Below, one piece after another: positions 10,521-23,900 of a stretch of DNA of 64,000 nucleotides. Position 1 is the stretch's first letter; each line of letters begins with the position of its first letter. The notes beneath the pieces were generated by a model. The model was given only the letters and a program-made list of their open reading frames with translations. It was not told the DNA's origin and did no database searches. Position numbers and translations under genes: made by a program. Origin of the DNA: Catajapyx aquilonaris (lineage: Eukaryota); NCBI GenBank assembly GCA_000934665.2, contig KZ538341.1:1-64000 (forward strand), in the 5' to 3' direction.

Positions 10521-12346
10521 CACCCTATAATTTAATATACCGTAATATAAATGTACAGCTTAATTGCAAAAAAATTGCCAACCAAAACTAGAACATGCTC
10601 AGGCTTATGTTGCTATCAATAATGGGGAAGTAGCGATGAGTGCTATAAATATTTATTGCTCAGAGTTTTATTACAGACCATAATTGCAATAGATGATTAT
10701 TGCATTGTGGATTGGGGCAAAGTACAGGGTGAGACACATTTGCCTCTCTCTTTTTTAAAAAAAAAAAATGCATTTTGTAGGGTTAATGTCCCGACCCAAA
10801 TGCCCAGATTAATTACTGGTAATGAAAATGGTGGTAAAATTTGGCAGTAATCGTGGGAGGAAAAGTAAGCTTTAATTAGGGCGTCTCAGCCGCAGTTTAC
10901 CTGCGAATGTTCACATTAGCAGATTGCCAAAATAACAGCTGGCGTCAAGGTTTTAACGGTCTTGCTTTGTGTGAATATTATGCTGGCTAAAACCTCAAAC
11001 ATGTCTGGGGCTTCTAAGTGATATGACAGAGCAAGTTTACGATTTTTTTTTTAAATATATATAATTTTAATCACTAGCATACCTAGGTAAATTGAGAGCT
11101 GAATCGGAAGCTGAGATCACAGCTCGTGCATGCCAGAAATCAATGTAATATTGATACATAACGTCGCTGAATATTAAAGACCACGTTGCATGGCTATGCA
11201 CATTACATCACCTGATCTTGCTTACTGATGATGTGAAGTACTTGTGTGCTGTTACACAATTTTAGCTCCAAACATTTGTCTCGTTTTACTGGAAAGTTGA
11301 TAGCAGGAGAGACAAGCACGTGTTGTAAGTATCCGTAATAATGATTGGCCGCATTGAGCCTTGACCTTAGCCTATGAAATCATAAGTGGTTGTCAGTCAA
11401 GTGCATTGCCTGATCCTCAAGTACCTTTTATCGTCTTTTCATACAGCAGCAAGTCAGTAAGAGATCAATACACTGTATGGTTTACGGTTATATTCGGCTG
11501 GATTTGGTTGGAAGGGTTGGGAGGTCTAAGTATATAAAGAGATAAAAAAGCAGGCGATTGAGTATGCAGAGAATTTCACGCACGCACATGCACGACGAGG
11601 GACAAAAATGTGTGCCACTTAACTGCTAACAACACTGTCGGTGTGTATTTAAAAATTGGGAAATAATTTACAGGAAGTAGTGCTGTAACTGGCGACATAA
11701 ATTTTTGACAGGTCATGAAGGGTATGGCTCCAGTGCCAAATCTTACACATGGCCAGCAGTCCTCTGGTTCCAATCATCAAGAGCAGGACTTTTCAAGGCG
11801 ACCAATACGTCGATAAGTCTTGTTAAGTCAATATCGACCAAATATTGACTTAGCCATTTTTGCCTTGTCATCACCGAATTAACCGTGGTTAGGAAGGACT
11901 CAGCCAGAAGAGAATCGATGACTTTGAAAAAATACAGCTCATTTCACCTTCATCTTATTAACTGAGACTGTGTAACTGAATCAGGATCAATTAACAGTGG
12001 CAGACAATGCTGACGATGGGAAGTTTAGATATTGCACACTATTGCAGAACTGATGTGTCAGGTGAAGGGAACATTGCAGCGAATGTAGTGACATCAAGTC
12101 ATACGGAACGGAACGAGTCGATAATTGTACTGGCATATTTATTTATTTACTTATTTATTGCAGGACAAGGCGCTGACGGTAATGACAATGGACATCGGTA
12201 CATAGTCCGATTTACGCAATGACGGAAGTCGAGTGAAGCTATTGTATTGCTGCCTGAATTTGTATGACTCCTAATTGACAGAATAACTGACATGTTATGC
12301 CACTTGAACAATATAAACGTGTTCTTCAGTCAGTGACTGGAGCGAC

Positions 12347-12377
<31 letters not shown>

Positions 12378-12380
12378 TTT
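12347..12380. repeat. (TTTA)n microsatellite
   Basis: Seen directly. Confidence 0.9.
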
Positions 12381-13070
12381 CCCAATAAATATCACCACAG
12401 CATTCGACTATCCATCACATGATCACTGATAATTTAAGTAGGATTTTAGTAAATAAAGGGGGGGGGGGGAATGCAGGCCACCCAAAATTATGCCATTGAT
12501 TTATGCAGATTTTATTATAAACGTCATTATTAATTCGGAACGAAAGTGCCAATTAGTTTTGATTGACTACAAATAATTCCAAATTGGTCGTGAACCATGA
12601 ACTTTATTGTATTGTTTTTTTCGTGATCCAGTGCAGTTCGCTGAATTCATGTGGTTTGAAATAATTGACTAAAATCTTAGAATTGGCTAGAGCCTGTGCC
12701 TATGTCTAGAGTAGGAGGATGCGCCATCGATGTGAGAGATGGGGTACTACATGGACAGTCCGGGAATCTTCGATCGGAATAATTTTCTCTCTGTATATGG
12801 TTTACTCTTGGAAGTTCTTACATCCGCATGTAATTTTGGTCCCGTTTTGGTCCTCGTGTCTCTGCCAGCAGCACCTTCCCCCAAAATCTGGATCTGGCCC
12901 CACCCACGCATAATTCGGTTATAATAATAGGGTTTCCAATAATACGCCAGCAGGGTAATAATTAGCAGCTGATATCACCAAAGAGGACCCCGGTTGTGCT
13001 TCCTGTGGAACGCATAAATTGATATCGATTTGACCGTAACGACTCTTGGTAAGCGATGACAGCATTTACC

Positions 13071-13132
<62 letters not shown>
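13071..13132. repeat. (ATA)n microsatellite
   Basis: About 20 units seen directly. Confidence 0.95.
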
Positions 13133-13413
13133 TGCTCGGATGTTATTCGAAATCATTCGGCGACAGTAAACAATTTCAATGGAAAGCATCTTGTTTGCTG
13201 AAGGCGTGTGACCTTTGTTGTAAGTAGGTCATTGCCATTGTACAATCTCGGGTAATTTCAATGCCGGGAGTGAAAGTATGCTTCCATTGAGACTAACATT
13301 ATGTCATCGCACGTCTTGCCCATTCAAGTACCGGTACAATATTTTTTGTGTGTCTGTGTCCAAGGATAACAGCCCGGCCTCCCGACTGACTGTCCACATA
13401 GTTACATACAGAT

Positions 13414-13477
13414 CATAGATGGCGCATCCTCCCTCCCTGCACACTACTGCCACTCTTAGGCATTGCGACGGACAAAC
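13414..13477 (-). mobile_element. Degenerate internal fragment of the mini-Helitron family at 40124 and 49568
   Basis: CATAGATGGCGCATCCTCCCTCCCTGCACACTACTGCCAC..AGG..TGCGA..CGGACAAAC aligns to the reverse complement of the 40124 copy. Confidence 0.55.
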
Positions 13478-15627
13478 TAATGTGTGATATCCTTTCGGAA
13501 CACCCTGTGCAGTTGTTGTAGGTCCAATTTCCGTGTAGAAGGAAGGACTGGCTGTCCCGCATGACCGAATGCGAATAGGGGGGTTTAGGACACCAGGAGT
13601 CGGACAGGCGAAACCTTTGAAACGGATCACTTGACTGAGTTCGTTAGGGGGCCTCGGGACAAGCAAGGGTGTACTGGGCGCATCGGACAAATCGAGCCGC
13701 TCCCGGTTTAATTGCCAGGTTGAAGGTTACGCATGCGTCCGACCATCATGACCTCCCCAAAAGCTAACCGCTGGGACAAATGGGGTAATCGACGCCGTAC
13801 CACTTGGAGGAGACTGAAGAAGAAAAAAAAAACTTAGAAAGACGAGAGAGAAAATGGCGTAAGTGGTGGAGGGAACCTGAGATAAATGGAGTAGAAGGAG
13901 ACAGACATTGGCAGGAGGAGGAAATGGTGAAATGGGACGGATGAGATAGAGACAATGATAGCGAGTGATGGGGGGGGGGGGGNGGGGGGGGGAAAGAGGG
14001 CAAGGACCACCCTATAGGTATATAACTGTGGGGGGCGACATTTTGACCTTAAGAGGATTTGGTCGGCGTCGTTTTGTTGACAATGTTGGTTGATGATAGG
14101 CCATTGTTAATTTGCGAGCGAGCGTTGTTATAGGCGTTCAAAGAGTTGGGTTTGCACATAACTGTAAATTTGAGTTGGTAAATAGCCTATTTTTTTCCTG
14201 CAATATTCCGGTTGGTACAGGTGTTGCCAGTTCAGTACGTGTACTGAAATGCAGATGGTGCAGGTGTCATATTGCAAGCCGGCTGGGATGTTGTAAAAAG
14301 GCAGGTGCTTGGGATAATATGACGGGAGACGGAAAAGCATTGAAGGACATCAAGCTCCCCCCCCCCCCTTTTATATTTGTATTACCAAACGACGTTACAG
14401 TTTAATGACATCCTTTAATCGATCCAGACGCATTGAATGTTATCCTGACCGTTCAGGGCAACCCGCACGACATATTGTGTGTTGCTGCGAAGTCTAACTT
14501 TTAGGATATAATCAGCTTGATACGTCGACTAACTAATATTGCATTAAAATTTAATCTCGTGGTAATTCGCAATTTTCGGTTATTAATATGTCGAAGTAAG
14601 CGTGCTTGCAGTAATGTACTAAGACGAAAGGTGTGAGTTGGAGCAACCTAACACTTGATCACCTTCACATCCCAAGGCTCCCTTGACATGTGAGTGAGTG
14701 AGTATGTGTAAAGGCATACCCCCGCCAGCAGTCCTGACAATGCAGTGGGTTTTAGCACTTGAGGGGAACGCAGTATGACCTGGTTTCAGCTATTTTGGGG
14801 CAGGAGCCGGGGGTATTGATTGGCGGAGCTGCGTGGAGTAGCTCTTCGACGGTACTGGCGGATTGGTTAATGGCAAAGGTCCCATGGAATCGCGTTATTA
14901 TTCCTCCTCGCAGCCACCATCACCACTCTTCTTCTCTCCTTTTTTCCGCCCCTCTCCCCCCCACCCTGCAGAGCACAGAGCCATGACCTCAAGGGACATA
15001 CACACTACAACCCGTTGCAGTATCGCGCCTCGGTGCCATCAGAGTGTAAGCTCCAGGGAAATGCTGGAGCTCTGTGTGTATGCCAGGCTTGTTATGGATC
15101 CCCACCGTGTCAGCGATTTTACTAACTTCATGCATGTACCGTACGCAGATGGTATCACCGCGCGACAGTACACATCGGGTGGGGTTTAAGGTGCGTTATT
15201 AATGCGAGCTGCTGTGGCCCACATGTTAGCAACAATTTAGCTTACTGCTGGAATTTTGAGGGAGAAAATTTACAGCAGAGTTTTCACAGTCTCCGAGCAA
15301 AATTCACTAACTGCAACTTTATGATAAATGGGGTTCTAGCCCACATTTTGCAAACCCATGTAAAAAATTTTCATCATTTTAAAATGAATTGTGTGTGTGT
15401 TTTTTTGTTTGTTTGAAGAAATACGTGCGGTATTAAGTTTCGAGCTATAATCGAACCAATATTATATTATATATGGGATGGTACTGCCCTCTGATGTCAC
15501 CCGCAATACAACACTAGTGGTACAGAGGCAGGAAAACACCCGCGCTGATATTTTCCTTTGTTTGGAACCCTATACCAACGACCACCAGTAAACGCTATTG
15601 TTATACTTTCTCTCCAAACATATTATT

Positions 15628-15865
15628 GAAGACGTCACTTGCCAAAGGGCCCAACTCCATAAGGTGAAAGTTTTCCGGAGAGAGAAAAAACTGCATGTAT
15701 GCTTCATTGCTCCATATGGAGTTTTGCAATTTATGATTCAATTTTAAGGTAGTTCAGGTTGACTTGGGCCCTTCATTTTCACCAGGGCTGTGAGGCCTAG
15801 AGTAGGAATCAGCAAAACTGGTTTTCGAAATTTTGGAGGTGGGCCCTTTGGCAAGTGACGTCTTC
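15628..15865. mobile_element. MITE (~238 bp) with ~25-bp perfect terminal inverted repeats; superfamily unassigned
   Basis: GAAGACGTCACTTGCCAAAGGGCCC ... GGGCCCTTTGGCAAGTGACGTCTTC, with AT-rich flanks TATT/AATT. Confidence 0.8.
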
Positions 15866-18800
15866 AATTGGTTTCATCGCTCAGCGATAGAGAGGTTGAG
15901 TGTCTCTAGCGATGCTGGTACGTAAACGCGGCCTGACGTCACCCGCAATAGGCAGGAGTGGGAATGCGCCCTTTAGGCCACCCCCTCATTTGCTCCCGCC
16001 AATTTGAGAGTGACTTAAATCCGCGATACTTTATCGAGGAATGACATTTTGATGCTGAAAAGCAGTGGAATGCTTGTGTATACATGTATGGTTGTGTACA
16101 AATTTCCCAAATACCAGACCAAGGCTATAGGACCTCATTCTGATAAAATATTGAGAATATAGCAGTGGACATCTAACATGGTACTTCCTTGTGGAATGTC
16201 ATATAAATTATCCACCTCTATAATGTTATTATCTGGTGTAACCGAGAACAGTGTGTAACTGACCCCGAGTCAGCAGTAACCGGGGGTTATTCCGGAACCG
16301 GAAAGATGCCCCAGGGTGTTGTACGGGAAGTCGTTATAGCCCACTTTCATCCTGCAACGAATTCATGACTAGACTTTGGCCTACACTTGGCCCTCCCCAT
16401 GCAACAGTGCCTGACCTCTTGGTTGGGATGGGAAAGCTCGGGCCAACCTTGTTAGATTTGGGATGCGTCGATGCCATCTCGTGTCATGTAAGGAAAGTGA
16501 GGTGGTTACTATCCCAAATCGCTGGATGGAACGGGCCTGCACTGGGGATATCATCTATGTAAATTGGGGGGCCAAGTTATCCCCGTGGGCCAGTGTAACA
16601 CCCCCCCATGTTTTTAGTAAAACGAAGTTATCTACAGTGACGGCCGCACGAATTTGGTTAAAACTAATGAAGCTGATACACAACAGTGTGAAGAATGGAT
16701 TGCTGGATCAAAGTGAATTAAGGAGAAATTATGTGATTGCGTATTGTGAAGACATGCATGTAATCAGAGATTTTCCATGCAATCTGCCATATTTGTTGTT
16801 AGAGTTGATGCTCAAAAATTCTGGCATGCTATACAATATGGTAATCTGGTAAAGAGGTTTTCTCTTCGGGCAAGTAACTGCCTCAGGAATCAACATATAT
16901 TTTTTTCGACATAAAAGTGTGTCTGACTTACTGTCAGTTCATATACTAAGTTGGGCTACCAGTTAGTGAAAATTAGTATGGTAAAAAATTTGGTAACAAT
17001 AACATTGCCGACTTTTAGGACAGTCAAAGCGTGTGGAATTTAGTTATCCACCTGAATTGACACTGTACAGTACTGCCTGTGTTTACACTCTTGTCAACTG
17101 TACACTGCGGCATCATTGCTCAACTTTCAAAGTTTCGACAAACTCAGCTACAGTATAACATTTCAAAAAAATCATTTGGTAATAAAGTGTTGGGAGATTT
17201 AAAATGACACGAACACCCATTTATATGTGCTGCCAAATTTCGATTCCTCTAGTGTGCACTGTAGGCCTTACTATTGAATTGGGGGCCGATGTGTATCCAC
17301 CCGATAATATGGTGAGACCTGGGGAGGGTCGGACGGGCGAGACCTGAGGGTTAATTCACCCTTGAAGCGGCTCAATGAGATTTGTTTCTAGTGAGGGATC
17401 TGGAGAGGATTCCTTTTTTATGTTGAAGCCAGCCTGCAGGAAAAGTAAAGCTATTGATTTTGCCCGCCTCGCAAGAATCGAAGTCTGTTCTTCTGTCTCA
17501 GTTTTTTTTTTCTTCTTCCTTTCGTTCTAAGCCCTCTCTTCTTTCGTTCTATTTCTTTTCCCGTCGCATACAATGTGTGCTGGGTGCCAAAGCTTGAAGA
17601 TGTAATAATTGTTTTGCTGACTCTTCCGGTGTCCCTGCTGTCATAACAGGGGCGACAAAAAAATTGTCTCATCCCAGCTTTTCCTCTCTTGAAGATTGTC
17701 TCGGAAATGTGAGTAATGCAATATCGTTTCTTATTACTTGAATCACATTGAAAACCGAAACTATTGAATATGCAATTAGCCAGCAACCAGTTCAAGTGCG
17801 AATGTCATTGTTTCTGGGCTAAATAATTCGCAAATTCATTCCTTGAACTTGTTGCATTGCTTATCCCAGAATATAGGCAACCAACCGGACACATGTCATC
17901 ACGTAAATGTCGAGAAATAGCGTCCTCTACAGTTGGTGTATTCAAATGCTGGTTTGTGGATGCAATTGATCCCTTAATCCAGTCGCATTTATCAGCCTTC
18001 CCGGACTGTTGAGATGCAAATGTGTCTTATAGACACCCAGAAGGAGACAAAAGAAAACCTGTACTAAGGCATGCTGAGGACGGAGGAGAAAATCCTGATT
18101 TATATTCCTGGTCGATAGGCTCGTCTTTAGAAGGAACTGTACTTGGGTTTTCTCTTCTTTTGTGAAGGCCTATCGTGCTGGAAGGAATGCAAGAGAACCC
18201 TTTCTTTCCCTTTTTTTGCAAAATTTGAACGGAGCCAAAATTTGCCTCTTAATTGGGTCGCATTGTCTCGCGCGGGATGTTTTATGCGAAGTAAACAGCA
18301 TGTACGACTGGAGCACATAGATTTGCTCGACATTGCATTACATGGTCGTGGTTTAGAGGCTGGGATGGGGTTTGAATCGGACCAATTTAATTACGTGTCA
18401 ATGCGGGTTTATGCGTTCGGGAGGTGTCACCGCGATATTGCAGTTGCGGTAATAAACTTTTGCGTACACACGTCATTGCAAAATAGAACAGGATTTCGTT
18501 TTATCAGGTACTTGAAAGTCGTGTCGCATGCTTTCCGTGCTCAACTGGTGCGACTGAAAGTCACGGTCGAGCTTTTTTAAATCAAGTGTTTTAAGTGTCA
18601 GAAATGGGAACTGGAGGTAATTGGCGTGATTGCACAAGTGCTACAATATCACATGTAACAATAAGTCTGTAGATTTTTTTTTTCCACATTCCCGCAGGAG
18701 AATTTGAGATTAACCAGAATGAGTCGGGTCATTAGGCATATAGCCTTGAACGGCATTTTGAAACTCTATTTAGAAACTTCAGTACGTAACAATTTGACGT

Positions 18801-19062
18801 ATCAGTGAAAGTAAGAGTTTCCAGGAGATTATGGAAAACACAAAAACCGGTCAATACTTCCTGTGCGTGAAAAGCACTCATTTTGTTCAAAAATATTGCA
18901 GTAGCTACAACGTGTTAATGGTACAAACTTATAAATTAGCAACTTACTCATTTGGGAACATGTGAAATCTGATATTGCTAATTTTTCCACTTTGCACCAT
19001 TGCATGGATAGGCAAACACTGACGAGATGGCATGTTTTGAGTACCGGTATTGTACAAAAAAA

Positions 19063-19128
19063 AAAGAAAATTGCTGTCGCATATTAATTAACTGTGGGAA
19101 TTGAAAAGGTTTAGGAAACTTTGCCTTG
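19063..19128 (+). repeat. ~66-bp direct repeat, copy 1 (copy 2 at 20852-20919)
   Basis: AAAGAAAATT(G/C)CTGTC(G/A)CA..ATT(A/C)ATTAAC(T/G)GTGGGAATTGAAAA..GGTTTAGG(A/G)A(A/G)CTTTGCCT occurs at both sites. Confidence 0.8.
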
Positions 19129-20851
19129 AAACATATCCAGAAAATTGAGGATTGGGCCATGCACGAGAAGCAGTTAAACCAGCGATATGTTTATATTATG
19201 GGTCAAAATATAATTAGGACTGTCCCTCTTATTAATGCGTATTGGCACTGACACACGGCACGGAAGCGAAAGGTCCTTTCAGGTTCGCTCATGCTGAAGC
19301 TGTGAATTAGCCCTTAATTTCCTGCCAGACGAAAAATTAGCTGACCTCGCCATTCAAATATGCCGAGTTCACGGATGCCAACCAGTTAGAGGATTGGCAT
19401 GGAAAAAAAGGGACCTTAATTTGAAGGCACGCATCGGATGGTGCAGAAGAAAGCTCGGGGTATATGGATCCGTCGCTTTTTTTGGGGGGGAGGCTGCGGA
19501 ATTACAAACTAATCAGATGATCGATTAGCGCTAATGAATCTTTTCTTCTTCCGCACGCGAGAGTCAGACTTTTTTTTTTTCTGGTCTCATGGTTTGGCAG
19601 TGAGCCCTCCTAACACAAAATCCTCCACAAACCTTCAAAAAGTCTTAAGCTGGGGAGGGAGGACCTTTGCTGCATTTTCAATTTCAGTCAAAATCTTTCC
19701 GCCACAGGGGACTACGGAATGCAATGCGGACAACTCACGAACAGTCGTGTGTCATACCAGAGAAAAGAAGAATTTACTTGTCATCGATTCCTTTTTTCTT
19801 TCGACGTCTGATCGGGGGTTGGCCACAGCTGCTTCTTCGTTTTTTTTAAAAGAATCCAACGGTGTAAAGTTTTTTTTTTTTTCTGGTTCACATTCTGGCA
19901 AGGTTCCTTAAAGCAGGCCAAGTGTTGACCATTTGTTGCACTTGGAACAGGAGGAATTCCCAGCGTGAAGGTCCGGGAGAGTCATTCATAAAAATGCTGA
20001 GTGCTTTCAACCCATGGGGAAATTCTGGTGGTGTTTGTTGCGGTTGCTCGTTCGTGCTTACCATTATCAAACTGTTCACCAAGGAGGTATTAATATTTTG
20101 TGCGACTCTTGCCTTGTGTCTCACCTTAGTATCCCCTCAGGTATTTCAGTACTGTATATATACCATTTGAATATGGAAAATAAATATTTAAACAGTATAT
20201 ACCTCGAGCCTTTTCCAAGTTCGCACATGGCCCAACCAGCAAATTGCTTTCGTTGCATTTTGTCAGTGAAAGGAATTTAATATCTTGTTATACTAACAGG
20301 CATCGATTTTTGTTTTCTAAAAAAAAAAGAAAGTTTTGATGAGCCTCCTTTTTGGGCAAGAAGGAAGAAATAGTATTGCACTTCGGAAGTTTTGTTAAAA
20401 AGCAACTGTCGCGTTTTTGGCGGCCTGAATAAGTTTTCAGCATTTCTTGCGCCTGGAGAAACTCCCCCCCCCCCCCANNNCTTTTTCTTTTCAGGCCTCG
20501 AAATTCCTTCGCTTTCTATCCCTGGGTTGTTTTCCAACTCTAGAATCTTGCGGGAATGGGACTTCTTTATATTCGCATGAATTTGGTTTTCACCGGGCCA
20601 ATTTTGAGCCGAGACAAAGGGAATAGGAATTTAGTAAAACCAAGGTCTGGCGATTAGAATAATTTTTTTAGCACTTGTGTATAAGCTTACCATAATCAAG
20701 CAATTAACATTTAATTGAAAGCTTATGTTGGTAATTTTTTATTTCGGTAAATGTACGTAACAAGCTATTTTGCTGGTTGATGAGATTGGTTTCAAAGTGT
20801 GAGATCGCATGAAATATCAATTATATGGTCAAGTCTCCCTTTGAATCTTTA

Positions 20852-20919
20852 AAAGAAAATTCCTGTCACACATTCATTAACGGTGGGAATTGAAAAAAGG
20901 TTTAGGGAGCTTTGCCTGA
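20852..20919 (+). repeat. ~68-bp direct repeat, copy 2 (copy 1 at 19063-19128)
   Basis: See copy 1. Confidence 0.8.
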
Positions 20920-23900
20920 CCTGCCATAAAATCTGGATGCGAATACCGGGTTTCGCGTGATTCACTACCGGTAACCAAAAGGTCGCAGGTTAAACCATCA
21001 GATGAAATATTCATGACATCCTAAAACTCGATGACTTTTTAGGCGGATCTCTTATGTCCACTTGGGAATGGAAGGAAACGTAAAAAAAAAAACTTCAACT
21101 GTATGCACCTGTTTTCATTGGATCCCTGCATATATACTCGCAATACTGCAAAAGACGGACGAAAATAGAGTTTGTTCTTTTTATAGCAATACTAATAAAG
21201 GTATAATTATGGTCAAGATTGATAAACATCTTGTATTGTAATGATACCTGCTGTATAGTGCTACTAAAAATGTTGTTCAAAGAAATACATATTTCATCCC
21301 ATTTTAAGAGCATATTTTTGAGAGTCGAAAGTATTTTTATTGAAGAAGACTGCAAAGAGATAAATTCATTTTTAGTGCAGTATTATTGTTATCATTATGC
21401 AACAAATGAAGTTGACATGGATTAGTACATAATAAACGTCTGGAGATTAATTTGACGCGTAACATTAAAAAGAATTTCGCATGATTTAATCATATTATGC
21501 AATCATAATGTGTGCACTCTGGAGGTTTATTACCATTCATTTGTACAGTTGCACCAACTTACATCCACCTCAATAACCCTGGCAAAATGCTGACGTCTGC
21601 AGAAACGTGTTCTCCGTAGGAGTAATGCATTATAAACACAAGATTACTGCAAGGGCTATCGATTAGGCTTCTGACTTCTAAAGGATTGGTTCCGAGCTCC
21701 TATACTTGTGAAGTCGTGATATTATCCAGAATGTGCAGTAAAACGACTGGAATAAAGTACATTTTTAGAGAGGGTTGAGTGTACCATTTTAAATTATTTA
21801 TCTTTGGAGAAAGCGGCGCGGTTAATGGTGTACCTATGCATATATCTTATAACCTGCAGTGCAGCACGATTCACCGAATTTTTTATTATCACCTACACAG
21901 TTTTACTTAGCTGAATCTAACAGAGATGTGTCCACAGTTTGGTACCATTAATGGTATAATTTCAGATAGCTGATTAGATACGTACAACGTGAATAGTACA
22001 AATGCATTACATAGACAATGACACTCGATTGTAACAACTATTCTTGCATGGGTACTGCCAATGTCTGCATATAAAAAATAAAACTGCAGAAAGTGTTGTA
22101 ATGAGGTAACAAAGGTGTGCGACCTATATTCTAAGGCTGACATATTCTGATTCATAATAAAGGTGATACACTGTTACATAGTCACGAGAACTATGCTTCA
22201 TTATCAATTGATTAACATGCACGAATCGGGCTGAACTGCAGTGAATGTAAAGTTAATAGGCATGTTGTATTGGCCTTATAATTGCCCCACTTATGTGAAT
22301 TATGGCTGCGGTTTCATTTACACATTGTCATTTTTGATGAAAGTGTGAGCTCACACACTGCTCGGTTCAGTGTAGCGTGACTGTGCACTTAATTATTGAC
22401 ATGTAACCATACAGTACGAGGGGGGGCTGATTGTATTTCCGAAAATTGAATGTGCGCAAAAGGTCACGACAATGTCTTTATTCTTGCTCCAATTTTGTTC
22501 ATCGATCGGACGCAGTGTACACCGTATAACTTGACTGGTCTTTCATCGGCGACATGATACAGACTTGTATCAATGGGGCTATTAAAAGACCAGTTGCAAA
22601 GACCTTTCACAGAAAGCTCGATATCAACACTGGTTATAGTACAGTGCATTCCCCATTTTTATTTTTTGTTGTTGTTGATGTTTCTCAGATACGCTCGTGC
22701 ACTCTAATACCTTTTGTGGCGAAAAGTCTGCGAATGAGTGAAAAGATGCTAAGCTGCATTTCCCGGAAGAAATTCCTTGGGGACATATTTATTTCCTCAA
22801 GGACAATGACGTCATCCTTTTCTACGCCGCCGTTTTTTCCCCCCCTATTCCCGACCTCAACACCCGGAAACACTATATGGCTTTTCCATTGCGCTTCAAA
22901 TAAATAGACGCTACCATCATATCTGCAATTAAAACACCACCACCTTTTTAATGACCCTCATCAAGTTAGCGGACCCGATGACAGGTTCCAACCGGGATGT
23001 TTGCTCAAAACGTGGGGGAAACATTTGGAGCGAAAATTGAAGCGGGGGCGTAGCCAGTTTCTGGGTTCTGACCTATCCTCCCCCGCACCATCCTGAAATG
23101 GCAATTAGGTCGTAGTGGCTTACCCGAGCCGGCCCGAGCAATCTTCATCGCGGAGGGAGTAATTGAGGATTAGAGGTGTCTTATTGATGGTTTGTAAGGA
23201 TTTGCGAGGATGGGAGGGGAGATGGAGAGAGACAGGGGAAGGTGGCGAAATGAGCTGTTACGATATTACATGGTTTATCAGTCAATTGATGCAATTTGCT
23301 GTTATCTCCGGTTATGTGTGACAAGTGAATGGAGTGCATTGGTATCTATAATATGGAACATGTGCAGCAATATTGTTATGCAATTGTCAGAGAGCTCTTT
23401 ACCTTGATAGGTAATACGCCCACTTTTCTGATTACTATTTAGTCCATATATGACGACGCCCTTTGGAAACCTTGAAATCTAGCCATGCGTTTACTGTACA
23501 AACTCGCTGCAGGAATATCCTATACAGCCTGGAGCGACAAGTTTGTATATTCAAGAAACGTATTATCGATAAACACCACAATGTCTTGCGTAATGATATA
23601 TATCGTGTGTTGTAACTTACTTGTGGTTTTGAATTAATGCACAAGTTCTCTGGTTTAAACAGTCCTGTTGAATGTATAGTATGTATATGGCAATGAGAAA
23701 CCATACAATTACTGCAAAGAGTGTAATTACTGTTTCGATGTTTACTTTAATGTCGACTGTTTGAATTGTTGTGATTGCACAGTATATACTGGGCAAAAAT
23801 ACCTTCTGGCCTACAACTGGTTATAAAAACCTCGTGATCAATGACTTATGTCATGTTCCCTATTAGCTGCCAAGATGTAAGTCGAAACCTATCAATCTTA

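Noticed and set aside
22416..22640. Mariner-like terminus TACGAGGGG
   Set aside because: No matching second TIR or transposase remnant found.
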